From positions 83,906,095-83,959,366 of the forward strand of contig NC_068981.1 in NCBI RefSeq assembly GCF_001194135.2: a DNA stretch of 53,272 nt. Reading direction: 5' to 3'. Numbering within the stretch: the first letter of the stretch is position 1; every line of letters starts with the position of its first letter. This document shows positions 13,378 to 24,875 of the stretch, piece after piece. The notes beneath the pieces were generated by a model. It searched no databases, was not told the origin of the DNA, and saw nothing but the letters and a program-made list of their open reading frames with translations. Origin of the DNA: Octopus bimaculoides. Taxonomy: Eukaryota. Position numbers and translations under genes: made by a program.

Positions 13378-14492
13378 CGAGGGTGTATCCAAATGAAACC
13401 GGAATTTTGCAATATTATTGTATTCACCTGGTTTTACATGTTTAAACTTTTATCGCCTTCAAAGTATTCTCCATTTGAAACAATGCATCAATCCAGACAC
13501 GTTTTTCCACAGTTCGAAGCAATGCTGGAAATCTTGCGAAGTGTTTCCTTTACACGCCTCTGTAGATTTTTTTTTTGTTTTTTTTTCAACTATTCTATAT
13601 CTGCAAAACGTTTTCCTTTCAGGACATTTTAAAATTCGAGGGAACAAAAAAAAAAGTCGCAGAGAGCAATATCGGGTTAATAGGGAGGGTGGCTAAGCGG
13701 GTTCATGTTATTTCTTGTCAAAAACTATCTCACACTCAAAATGGTGTGCGCAGGCGCATTGTCGTGGTGAAACCACCTCTCTCCACTTTGGCACAGGTCT
13801 GGGCGTTTTCGTCTCACCGCGTCTAGCATATGCTTCATAACTACCGAGTAAAATGTCTGGTTAACAGTTTGACCAGGAGGAACAGATTCTGTGTAGACAA
13901 TTCCTTTTCGCATCGATGAAACAAATCAGCATCGTCTCGACACTGGACTTCATTTGAGGCCCATTTTTGCTGCAACTCATTTTATTTGCAATTCCTTGCT
14001 CAAGTCACACCAATCAGATCAACAAGTTTGTTAATTTTTCAGCGACGGTCTTCCAAGATTAGTTCATGAATTTTCGTGATGTTTTCATTCGTTCGGTCGG
14101 TCGACGGTCGCCCTGAACGAGGTTTATCCTCAAGCGACAAGTGACCATTCCTAAAGCGTGAAAACCGCTCATAAACTTGTGTTTTGCTCATGGCAGCGTC
14201 GTTGTAAACTGTTTGAGGCATGACAATTGTTTTGGCTGCCATTTTCCGGGGTAGAAAACAGAATTTCACGGAGGCACGCTGTCCCTTCATTTCAGCCATC
14301 GCAAACATCGACGAACAGGGGAGAAGCACTGCAAACCAAAGAAGCACCACGTGACAGTACGACCTTAATTGACTACGCTGGTCGTCAGAGTGGTGCCTTA
14401 GGGTTGCATCAAGTGGCTTCTAGCGGCGGAAACCTAAACGATAACGGGCTTGTCCCACAAAGAACGTTTCCGGTTACTTTTGCATACCCTTG
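13378..14492 (-). mobile_element. Mariner DNA transposon, internally deleted and decayed
   Basis: Imperfect TIRs (TA)CGAGGGTGTATCCAAATGAAACCGGAA and TTCCGGTTACTTTTGCATACCCTTG. HTH fragment QRASVKFCF..TQVYERFSRFRNG..LEDKPRSGRPS; catalytic fragment GIVYTESVPPGQTVNQ..WFHHDNAPAHT. Confidence 0.95.
13725..14300 (-). pseudogene. Mariner transposase pseudogene (HTH plus partial DDD domain)
   Basis: ORFs 14039-14350 and 13725-13913 are separated by stops, a frameshift and a deletion after VAAK. Confidence 0.92.
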
Positions 14493-16533
14493 CATGGGGT
14501 GGGGACCAACATTTTTTTAAGTGTTTAGAGTCTTAATCCAATCCGGCTCGGCATCAATGACAATGGACTTGGAAATACTTCGCAGTAATGCACACATACA
14601 TACCCACACATACACACTCAGACACTCACACTCACGCACACACACAGGCACACATGTATATATGTGTGTGTCATAAGAATATATGCATATATCTATATAT
14701 ATGCCTATTTATCTAATCTGTCTGGCGGTATGTATGTATTTATGAATGTATGTATATATATTTGTATTAAGAACGGGAAATTATTCATGTGACCTATACT
14801 ATAACATTAAACCCATATTGACTTGGAGAGGAAAACATTAAACAAAAGCCATGTAAGTTCTCAGATATACATCTATACTTAATTATTTATATTTTCTCTC
14901 GCACATATCCCATTTATTTCCGAATAAAAATGATAAATCCTGCGATATAACACGGTTATGACTTCCATTTCTTATGAAGAAAATTAAAACTTTTATTAGT
15001 ACTATATATGTGTGTTTTGTGTTTGTTTATTTTAACCCTTTTCGAAAATTTATTCGCTAGCTTCTTTGTGTAAGTTTTCCTTCGAGTTATTGACAAAAAT
15101 TTTAACAAAATTATCAAATTGAAAATTTGAAGAAAGAAATTTAAAAAGGAAAGAAATAGAATAGAATATTTGAAATTTGACAGCTTCACATATCAAAGAA
15201 AATTACTAAAACAAAAACATCGTCGTGTTTGCAATCAGATTTTGAGGAGGGAGTAGAATAATTCTGACTAAAATGACAGATTCCTCTTCACTCACTGCTG
15301 TAAATGTGTAAGGTAGTGGGTTTCATTGCTGCTCACGTGTTAATTGGTTTAGGATGGAGAAAAGGATAAACCCCTGTGTTGTTTAGTTTTATTTGCAATT
15401 GTTATTATTTTCTGATTAAGAATTTCAGAAAGTAGAAATAAACAAATATAAAAGAAAATAAACGGGGAAAAAAATGACAACTTTTACAAGAAAGAAATGT
15501 TGTTAAATTTCGAATTAAACTTTGAATAATTAATTTAGCCTGTGTGCGAGGTAATATTACAAAATCAAATCAGAACATTGCACTAATGCAAAGTATCTTA
15601 TAAAATAATAACCACTGAACACAGAAATCAAAAATTATAGGTGAGAAATATAATTTTCCTCTTAGTTGATTATGAAGGCTATTCTCTAAAAAATCTCTCG
15701 CAACATCAACATGTTGATCCGATTGGTATCGTGTGTGTGATGTCAGCGCTAACAATAGCTTTATTATCACGTTAAAAGATGAATAAATAAATATATAAAT
15801 ACGTTAACAAAATAAATCAAATATAAAGACCTGAATAAATGAAATAAAAGTGAAAATTATTTTCCATTCGAGAATGAAAAACAGAACGAGAGGAATTTCT
15901 ATTTTTCTTTATTTTTAATCACTTTTATATGATTAAACTTTAAAAAAATCATGCACAGCGACAACATCTTCATGTTTCTAAAATGGATAAATTTGAAAGA
16001 GTGACATATTAAAGGTTCAAAATCCATATTGCCTCATGCATTGTGAAGTATGACACGATTAGGAAATATCTGTCATGCTATGAAAAACATGTGAATTTAT
16101 TATATCTATATATTTATAGATTGTGTATAAATATTACAATATTTATTTCTAGTTTACATATGTTTATATATATATTTCTTCTTTAGGTGTCATTTAGCAA
16201 TGACAGGGAAATATGCTCATTACTCCTATAGAAATTCAGAAATTAATATTTAAAATAATGAAATTAGATTCATTTATTTATTTATATATTAATATTGCCC
16301 AAATTCTTAATGTCTGGGATGGACGGAAATTAACTAGTGATAGCTGTAAAGATATTTGTGTGCACAAAAAGAAATTGTCCTTCTGTCATATATAAACCAA
16401 CGACAAGAGAAATTTGAACAACAACAACAATATATGTACATATATATANNNNNNNNNNNNNNNNNNNNNNNNNNNNNNNNNNNNNNNNNNNNNNNNNNNN
16501 NNNNNNNNNNNNNNNNNNNNNNNNNNNNNNNNN

Positions 16534-16795
16534 AGTTACGGGGACATAAACACACCAGCATCGGTTGTCAAGCAATGCTAGGGGGACAAACACAGACACA
16601 CAAACACACACACATACATATATATATACATATATACGACGAGCTTCTTTCAGTTTCCGTCTACCAAATCCACTCACAAGGCTTTGGTCGGCCCGAGGCT
16701 ATAGTAGAAGACACTTGCCCAAGGTGCCACGCAGTGGGACTGAACCCGGAACCATGTGGTTGGTAAGCAAGCTACTTACCACACAGCCACTCCTG
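16534..16795 (-). mobile_element. SINE family A, well conserved, 3' part in gap
   Basis: Antisense CORE-like region and head (CTTACCACACAGCCACTCCTG). Confidence 0.92.
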
Positions 16796-16805
16796 ACGGT
16801 CTAGT

Positions 16806-17131
16806 AAATGCGACATTTTGGAAAAAAATCGAGGCGTGATATCTCTTGGTTCATAACAATATTACTATGAAAACTTTTTATCAAATTTACGCAAGAAACA
16901 AATCAACTGTAACCATAAGTTAATCCTTTTCCATATATGAACGACAAGCGAAATTTGGACTTAGTAAAAAGATATAACTTGACGATCAAGTAATTCTAGA
17001 AAAGTTAGAAAATGCGACATGTTAGAAAAAATTGTGGCGAAATATATCCTGTCTCAAAACAATATTACGAATTAAAAATTTATCAAATCTATACAAGAAA
17101 AAAATTACTTGTTATCAGAAGCTAATCCTTT
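16806..17131. repeat. Diverged direct repeat, about 120-bp unit, 204-bp period
   Basis: AAATGCGACAT..AACAATATTAC..TTTATCAAAT..TAATCCTTT at 16806 and again at 17010. Confidence 0.8.
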
Positions 17132-18039
17132 AATGTAATCTCCTTATATGTAGAATATTATATAAAATATTACTTTTAGTTATAAAAGTCTATGAAATCT
17201 GTCTCTCTATTATTCTTTACTAACAGTGCAAAACCTTCAAAGATAGTTCTATACGATTCTTGTATTAGAGTAGAAACCTTAGTTAGACACTTCTATTTAT
17301 TCAATTTATAGCAAACCTACTAAAATATAGAAGCGAGTTTAGATAAATGTTAGATGAGTATTCCTTATGTACTGCGAGTCCAAATCTATCCAACGTAAAC
17401 TTTGCGTTTAGTTTTTTAGGTCGATAAATAAATCCCGTGTCAACTTCTGTTGACGGATCCCAACCACCACCAGCCTCCCCATCATTCTCTCCAAATGAAA
17501 TTTGCTTAAAATGTCCAAGAAACGCCGTGTGGTGCTCCGAGAACGGTATGTCACGAGCAGAAGGCTCACGAAAGGAAGGAAAATTCATCAGATTATTCGA
17601 TAACATCTATTTTTGATCATGCATTCTCCTTTCATCACGAACATTGTGAAATCGTTCGAGTCTTAAAAATATCCATATTCTATTTTCCAAAGAATGTAAA
17701 ATTCTTCATCTTCAGACATGTTTGGAAAATTCTTTGGAGAAAACGAAAAGAAAAATATCTTTAAAAGAAACTCGAAATGTTAATACCCAATACCAATTCA
17801 TTATAGCTAAATGAAACGTCAATGATGCCTTATTGGTAGAACCGAATTTAGACAAGTCAACTATCAAAAACAATAAATATATTCCCTCTTATTTATCCTA
17901 TTTTACATAATGACCCACGGATGTTAAATAAATTGAATGAAATGGATTTAAAAACCTTGATAGTGATAACGAGTTATAATCGTGGGATTCGTGGGAACTT
18001 CTTTTTAGAGATTAAAAGGGCACATTATCAAATCTCGGA

Positions 18040-18360
18040 TTTATTTTTAATTTATTTACAACAAAAATGCCAGCATCATCAACAGCAAGATTATGCAAAG
18101 CCACACAATAAAAGAGTGAATACCAGAGAAATTGAGAAAATTGAGAAATATCAGGGCTCAGTCATAGAGAGGAAGAGATTGTAGAAGACTAAGATGAGCT
18201 TGTTAGTGTGGCATTTGATGCACTTGGAACAACTCCCAAACTGTTACCTAAGGCTGAAGGATACTGAAATTCAGAGACGCATTGTTGACCTGCCTACAAG
18301 TAAAATACTGCATTCCTTAAGAATCCTAAATAAGATTCTTGAGATCTGTAGAGAGACAAG
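18040..18360 (+). mobile_element. 3' fragment of a restriction-like-endonuclease non-LTR retrotransposon (R4/Dong/NeSL-like), decayed
   Basis: Translates DYAKPHNKRVNTREIEKIEKYQGSVIERKRL*..HSLRILNKILEI, resembling the RLE C-terminal EKxEKYxxL motif and the ILRKVL end. Confidence 0.75.
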
Positions 18361-18373
18361 ACAACACCCATTT

Positions 18374-18672
18374 AATAACTTTGATAATTTCATATATAGG
18401 TCCAAGTTTAGAAATTTTCAGTTCATAAAATCGCCTCCAGAGTTTCTCTGTACATCATTTTCTCAACATCGATAGCATGAAAGGTAAATTTGATCATGGC
18501 GAAGACAACACATCTGATAACTTATGTAGCATATAATAACTTTGATAATTTTATATATCAGTCCAAGTTTAGCCACTAAGGTAGAAGTTTCAGTTGATAA
18601 ATTCGACTCTAAAGCTTCTCTGTACATTATTTTATCGACATCGATTGTATGAAAACAAAGTTGACAACGACA
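18374..18672. repeat. Diverged tandem duplication, 161-bp period
   Basis: AATAACTTTGATAATTT..TATAT..GTCCAAGTTTAG..TTCTCTGTACAT..ACATCGAT at 18374 and again at 18535. Confidence 0.85.
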
Positions 18673-18887
18673 GTATATGAATTTATAACCAAATTCCGCA
18701 AAGTATTTTGACCGAGGTTCTAAAGGTTCTACTGATTCACTTCTTTGCAAAGAATTTACATAGGGACACAAAACCAGAAATTTGGGAAAAGGGGTTAATC
18801 AATTAATCTCATTTTATCCAACCCAGAAAACTGATCTGAGCTGAACCGGGGCACATAATTAATATCACAAAAATCAATCTATCAATT

Positions 18888-19266
18888 CGCAGTGGTAGGA
18901 AGGTCGCTTCCCAGTCACATTGTTTCAGGTTCAGTCTTACAGCATAGCGACTTAGGTAAGTGTCATATACTATAGCCCCTGGGAGACGAAAGCCTTGTGA
19001 GTTCATTTAAAAAACGGAAACTGAAATGAACACGCCATGTATATGAATATATGTGTGTGTCTCTTTGTGTATGTATATGTATGTGTGTGTGTGTTTGTGG
19101 TTGTGCTTGTCTCACCACCGCTTGACAATCAGCGTTGGCTTGTTTATTTCCCCATAACGTAGCGATTTGGCATAAGAGACTAAGTCCAGTTTGTTGATTT
19201 GCTCGACTTAAAACTTTCACGGTGGTGCCCCAGCATTGCTGCAGTCTGAAACACATTAAAAGAATG
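18888..19266 (+). mobile_element. SINE family A, old diverged copy
   Basis: Colinear with 119-508 (AAGCCTTGTGAGT..CGGAAACTGAAA, CGCTTGACAA, GGTGCCCCAGCAT). Confidence 0.8.
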
Positions 19267-19314
19267 TTTCCATTTTGTAGTAAATCATAGGAGGAAGTGG
19301 CTTGTCCATTACAT

Positions 19315-19420
19315 AGGCACCATACTAGTTTGGTAGTTTATTTTATCAACCCTGAAAGAAACAAAAAGACAAACTGACCACCGCAGGATTAGAACACAGG
19401 ACGTTGAGAGACATGACTAA
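19315..19420 (-). mobile_element. SINE family B, highly decayed fragment
   Basis: GTAGTTTATTTTATCAACCCTGAAAG..CAAACTGACC resembles the antisense B body. Confidence 0.5.
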
Positions 19421-19464
19421 ATATTAGTTTCGAATTATGGAACAAGACAAGCAATTTTGTGTGA

Positions 19465-19635
19465 CGGGTAAAGTCGATTACATCGACCCTAGTGTTCGAC
19501 TGGTACTTATTTTATAGACCTACAAGAAAAAAATGAAAACGAAGTCAACTCTGTCCGAAATTGAACTCAGAACGTCGTAAGAAATTGCACTAAATATATT
19601 TGTTCGGGACAATAACGATTCTGCCAGCTAGCCGG
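19465..19635 (-). mobile_element. SINE family B, diverged
   Basis: GTCGATTACATCGACCC..CTGGTACTTA..AACGATTCTGCCAGCT. Confidence 0.85.
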
Positions 19636-20244
19636 TTTATCACAGTTAAGCATTAGAAACGTATTTAATTCGGTGCTATAATGATTCTGTTAATTTACCA
19701 CTATTAACAACGATAATGATAATAATTTCTTACATTATTTAATAATAGTTTCATTAATAACAACACGACGGGAGAATGGAATTACAGTAAAACACAGTAC
19801 GACAAACAGCAAATATAGGGACGAGATTGAATGAGAGAATGTTTGTCGTGCCTTCTTTTATACAGATTCATGAAATATGTCTAAATGATATTAGGATGAG
19901 ACATATGCGACAATATTAGACAATGTTAATGGATACAGTAATAAATTTATTACATAGAGAAGCGCACTCAGACTATTTTTATAATATAATTTGATCGAGT
20001 CTGGAAAAGTACTTTAGATAAAAGCAATATAATGTTGGTCATCACAGATAAGGTATAGCAATAGGTGAGAACTACAGACTGAAAACAGAGAACGAACGAT
20101 ATTTTACTGTAGTGCAGAAACGGCACATAACGAGGCAGAGCAGAATTCCAATTATCTGAGTAGAACGTCCGTTTCGGATTTTTTTTTCTCTTCAACTATG
20201 CTATATGTGTACGTTCTTGGCCTTCTCAGCTCAATGAAGAGTCA

Positions 20245-20880
20245 GGCGTAGCTGTGTGGTAAGAAGGCGGTGAGATGGCAGAGACGTTAGTATGCCGGGC
20301 GAAATGCTTAGCAGTATTTCGTCTGCCATTACGTTCTGAGTTCAAATTCCGTCGAGGTCGACTTTGCCTTTCATCCTTTCGGGGTCGATAAATTAAGTAC
20401 CAGTTATGCACTGGGGTCGATGTAATCGACTTAATTCCTTTGTCTGTCCTTGTTTGTCCCCTCTGTGTGCAGCCCCTTGTGGGCAGTAAAAGAACAGAAG
20501 TTTGCTTCTAGACCACACGGTTCTGGGTTCAGTCCCACTGTGTGGCACCTTGGACAAGTGTCTTCTACTAGAGTCTCGGGCCGACCAAAACCTTGTGAGT
20601 GGATTTAGAAGACAGAAGCTGCAAGGAGCCAGTCGTATATAAATATATGTATGTATCTACGTGTGTGTGACTGTGTTTGTCCCTCCGTCATTGCTTGACA
20701 ACCAATGTTGGTGTGTTTATGTCCCGTAACTTAGCGGCTCGGCAAAAGGGACAGATAGAACAAGTACTAGGCTTAAAAGAATAGGTCCTGGGGGTCGATT
20801 TATTTGACTAAAACCTTTTAATGTGGTACTACAGCATGGACGCAATCAAATGACTGAAACAGATAAAAGAGTAAAAGAAC
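20245..20880 (+). mobile_element. SINE family A, interrupted by a nested SINE B
   Basis: Head GGCGTAGCTGTGTGGTAAGAAG (20245-20266) resumes at TTTGCTTC (20501) and runs to the tail ATGACTGAAACAGATAAAAGAG. Confidence 0.9.
20266..20497 (+). mobile_element. SINE family B, young, nested in SINE A
   Basis: Nearly identical to 33023-33257 and flanked by an AGAAG duplication. Confidence 0.92.
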
Positions 20881-20941
20881 AGAAGAAAGTCGTTGAAAAT
20901 AGAGAGTGTGGACACATGTAGGTAAATGTAAATTTGTGTAC

Positions 20942-20982
<41 letters not shown>

Positions 20983-21310
20983 TCCTAAAAAACGATGGAA
21001 CTACTATTGGAATTCCTTGGTGGACAGTGGCAGACATGCGCTTTTAAAATTTTTTTTTACATTCATGTTGTATGCTACACTTGCTGCAGCTGTTTCACTT
21101 GTCTCAGCTGTTACGTGTCAATGTTCATAACACAGCCATGCAACTCCTGCTATATTTCTCACCCGGCCCCTGCTACACAATATCACTTTCTGTGCTGACC
21201 GCTGGCCCCTAAAGTTCTCAGGAATTAGAGATGATATGTGACGTCATTCCATGGACAAATTCTTAGTTTCTGTATCATGAAGATACATCTACGTTACTAT
21301 TCGCTATCGC

Positions 21311-21490
21311 CAGGCGCAAGCGAAGCGTGGCTATGTGATAGGAAGTTTTAAATTCCAGCAAAATGGTTCCGGTTTCAGTCCTATTACGCGGTAACTTGGG
21401 CAAGTTTCTTCTAATATAGCATCAGGCGACCAACGCTTTTTGAGTGGATTTGAGAGACGGAAACTGAAAGAAACTCGTCGTATATATACG
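21311..21490 (+). mobile_element. SINE family A, 5' half, diverged
   Basis: Head plus ACTTGGGCAAGTTTCTTCT..GAGTGGATTTGAGAGACGGAAACTGAAAGAA. Confidence 0.85.
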
Positions 21491-21542
21491 TCGGTGCAAG
21501 TGTGTGTCTTAGTGCATGTAATTGCCCCGTCACTGCATTGTA

Positions 21543-22268
21543 TTGTCCTTTTTTTCTCTCGTTATTTGCGTATTGAAATCATTTGTTTTCGTGTTTCATG
21601 TTGTTTACTGTTGGTGATGTCCTGTACCTATATATATATATATATATATATTATTTATATTATTAAATTGAACACCACGTATCCATTTCCAATTAAGATT
21701 ACTCTATACTGTTTTCTCCCCTATCCTTTCTAATTCCCTTTCTCTTCTTTTCACCGTTTCTATCTGTCTCACTCTCACTCTCTCCAGTTTTCTCTTTTTC
21801 TCTCTCTCGTTGCTCACACGTGGCCATCGTCCAACTTTTTTTTCCTCACGTGACCATCTTTCTTTCCTGCACGAGCGTTCAAAGGATTGGACTCTCCTAT
21901 CTCTCTCTTCTATCTTTTCGCTTTTCAAAGAAAATATTTCTCTCATCGTTCATTATTTTTCCCCTAGTTCAGGTCTAACGACCCTCCATGTTTGCATTCT
22001 TTCGGTTTCCTCGTATATCTCCACTGTCCTGATTTTGTTCCTAACTTTGACCTTCCATAAATCCCAAATTTTATGTTGGTATTTATGGGACCAACTGTCT
22101 TCGAAGATTCATATCGTCATTGTTGCTCGAAATAGGGAGTAAATAGCCAGCCAACAACTGATGAAGTGTCATTCTTTATATTACTTGTCCTTCCTTTCTC
22201 ATTATCTGCGTATCTAACTCATTTGTTTTCGTATTTCATGTTGTTTACTGCTGGTGACGTCCTGTACC
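21543..22268 (+). repeat. About 86-bp direct repeat (21543-21628 and 22185-22268), each copy ending at a microsatellite
   Basis: TTGTCC..TGCGTAT..TCATTTGTTTTCGT(G/A)TTTCATGTTGTTTACTG(T/C)TGGTGA(T/C)GTCCTGTACC, followed by TATATA or CATATATGCACAC. Confidence 0.85.
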
Positions 22269-22274
22269 CATATA

Positions 22275-22340
<66 letters not shown>

Positions 22341-22543
22341 TTATGTGCATTTTTTCAATGCTTACAAATAACATGGAAAGAATAAATATATATTTACCAG
22401 GGTAGCAAAAATTCACATAAGTACCAAGATTGTAACAGCGTACTTATAAAGGTAGAAATTTCAGGTTTTAGCGAAATGTTTTTGAATAACATAGATAAAT
22501 AAATACATGGGGTTAAACGCAGGTGTTATTCAAAACTTTATAA

Positions 22544-22629
22544 TTACGACATATGTTTCGAAGAAAACATTGGCATTATTCCAGAAGGAATAAAATGATG
22601 TAAAACAATGCAATCTTCTCATCAGGGAA
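22544..22629 (-). ncRNA. Hammerhead ribozyme (type I) in a PLE pLTR
   Basis: Minus strand: TTCC-CTGATGA-GAAG(long stem-loop, ATTGCATT/AATGCCAAT)CTTC-GAAAC-ATAT-GTC-GTAA. Canonical core, palindromic ACATATGT stem III, stem I 3 of 4 pairs. Confidence 0.8.
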
Positions 22630-22934
22630 AAAAAGAGAAACATAACGCATCAATAAGACATTTTAACCGAATGTTATTACTGCATATATGGTGAAGGGAA
22701 CGCTGGTAAGTTATTCTTTAAAAAAGAACGTTAATATATATAACGTCAAAGGCAATTTCTAGAAAGTGAAGGAGGAGGAAAAGAGAAATTAGCAGAAAAC
22801 TAAAAGTGGAGGAATATAGTAGTACGATAGGTGAATAGGAATAAAGATTAAAGGGGTGGAAATAGACATATTTCGTGGAAGTGAAATGTAAGAAGATAGT
22901 TAAAGGTTGAACTTCATAGACTGGTAGAAATTAC

Positions 22935-23247
22935 TTATACGAACGAAAGGTATGTTTTTGCCAATGTTTGCAACTTATTTTTAACCCTTTGTAATTTTTG
23001 GTTAGAAGCATTTTGAAGATAGAGTAGACAATCATCACGATATAGACCTCCATTGATGTTTAGGAATTGGTCAGCCATCTCATAAGGGATATATATACCG
23101 ACCAAATCAGCGATTTGTGCTGAATCAAAACTTCCCATCATGACATCAAAACTGTCGGGTGTATCTTTACGGACCCACAGCTTGTTGTCAAATTTAATAA
23201 TAGATTTTCTGGCGGCTAACACAACATTAATTTCATCCCTGGTGATA
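22935..23247 (-). pseudogene. Penelope-like reverse transcriptase fragment
   Basis: ARKSIIKFDNKLWVRK..FDVMMGSFDSAQIADLVGIYI..GGLYRDDCL matches the PLE-type FDVxMGSxDxAE and GLYRDD motifs. Confidence 0.92.
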
Positions 23248-23519
23248 CCTGCTGGAATAATACCAATGTTTTCTTCGAAACTTATAAATATTTGAATAAC
23301 ACCTGCGTTTAACTCCATTTATATCTATCTATCTATCTATCTATCTANNNNNNNNNNNNNNNNNNNNNNNNNNNNNNNNNNNNNNNNNNNNNNNNNNNNN
23401 NNNNNNNNNNNNNNNNNNNNNNNNNNNNNNNNNNNNNNNNNNNNNNNNNNNNNNNNNNNNNNNNNNNNNNNNNNNNNNNNNNNNNNNNNNNNNNNNNNNN
23501 NNNNNNNNNNNNNNNNNNN

Positions 23520-23573
23520 CCAGAACAATGCAGTTGGGAAGCAAGCTTCTTACCACACAGCCACACCTGCGCC
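23520..23573 (-). mobile_element. SINE family A head (remainder in gap)
   Basis: GGAAGCAAGCTTCTTACCACACAGCCACACCTGCGCC. Confidence 0.85.
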
Positions 23574-23664
23574 TGTATATGTGTGTGAGTGTTTCTCTGT
23601 GTGTGCGTGTGTTTGTTTCTCTGTGTGCGCGCGTTTGTCTCTTTCTCTGTGTGCATGTGTGTAT

Positions 23665-23718
<54 letters not shown>

Positions 23719-24573
23719 ATCTGTTTGTCTGTTTGTCTGTTTGTCTGTGTCTGTGTGTTCAAATTTTTTTTTCTATATCGATGTGTGAAATACTATGGAC
23801 GAGATTTACGTACGGAATTCTTCCGAAATTGGAAGTAAGAACGTTAAACAAAATCATATCGTATCGAATGTGAGAATAAAGGGAACACAGTCAAATGAAT
23901 GAATGCATGTATAAATGGAGTGTATGAAGCTGATGCAGAGAAATGAACGACGAGAAGATAATCGGAAATGATTCGGCAAAGCTAAGTATAAAACACAAGA
24001 ACAATTTACAGCTAAGAATAAAAGCTTTCTGAACGTGAAATAAAGACAAAAATAAAATGCATACACATTTTGGGCAAATCAAAATGGTGGCAAGTAATAT
24101 GAATTCCGAAAATTCAATTTCCGGTAGTAGTCCTTCGGATGATTCGTGGTGGATATACCCTTCTTTCAAAAGCAAATAACTCTTTAATCCTTTAATCCTG
24201 TTAATCTCTGCTGAAATTACTTGTTTGACAATTGCGAAAAAGGTTAAATAATTCTGATGCAAAGCAATAAACTGTACTTTATTGTTTGTAATCCATGTTA
24301 GCGTTGTTATTATATTGTTTCATATTCTTGTTATTAGTATTTCTGTTTCTTTCTGTTTTGCCGTAGTGCTTTGTTTATTTGCTTTTCTTTCTGTTTTTTT
24401 TTTTAATGATTTTTTTGGCTTTTTATTTACGAGGCTCCTTCGAATTGATAGCTACACCTAACAACATCCACATCAAAATCTACTGAAACCCAAATATAAA
24501 TTACGTAAAAACTGTCCTACCTATATACATGCATACACACATACGTACATACATACGTAGGTACATACATGTG

Positions 24574-24616
<43 letters not shown>

Positions 24617-24829
24617 NNNNNNNNNNNNNNNNNNNNNNNNNNNNNNNNNNNNNNNNNNNNNNNNNNNNNNNNNNNNNNNNNNNNNNNNNNNNNNNNNNNN
24701 NNNNNNNNNNNNNNNNNNNNNNNNNNNNNNNNNNNNNNNNNNNNNNNNNNNNNNNNNNNNNNNNNNNNNNNNNNNNNNNNNNNNNNNNNNNNNNNNNNNN
24801 NNNNNNNNNNNNNNNNNNNNNNNNNNNNN

Positions 24830-24875
<46 letters not shown>

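Larger units (their letters stand above)
22340..23321 (-). mobile_element. Penelope-like retroelement remnant (RT fragment, 3' pLTR with HHR, inverted pLTR piece at 5' end)
   Basis: RT motifs as in the next feature; HHR at 22544-22629; 23248-23321 is an inverted copy of about 22506-22588. Confidence 0.85.

Noticed and set aside
22100-22175. GCTCGAAA upstream of CTGATGAAG as a permuted (type II) hammerhead
   Set aside because: No consistent stem I or III could be drawn.
23891-24262. 123-aa minus ORF and a short plus ORF MVASNMNSENSISGSSPSDDSWWIYPSFKSK with CAAAATG context
   Set aside because: No recognisable family or convincing splice pair; the hydrophobic tail reflects T-richness.
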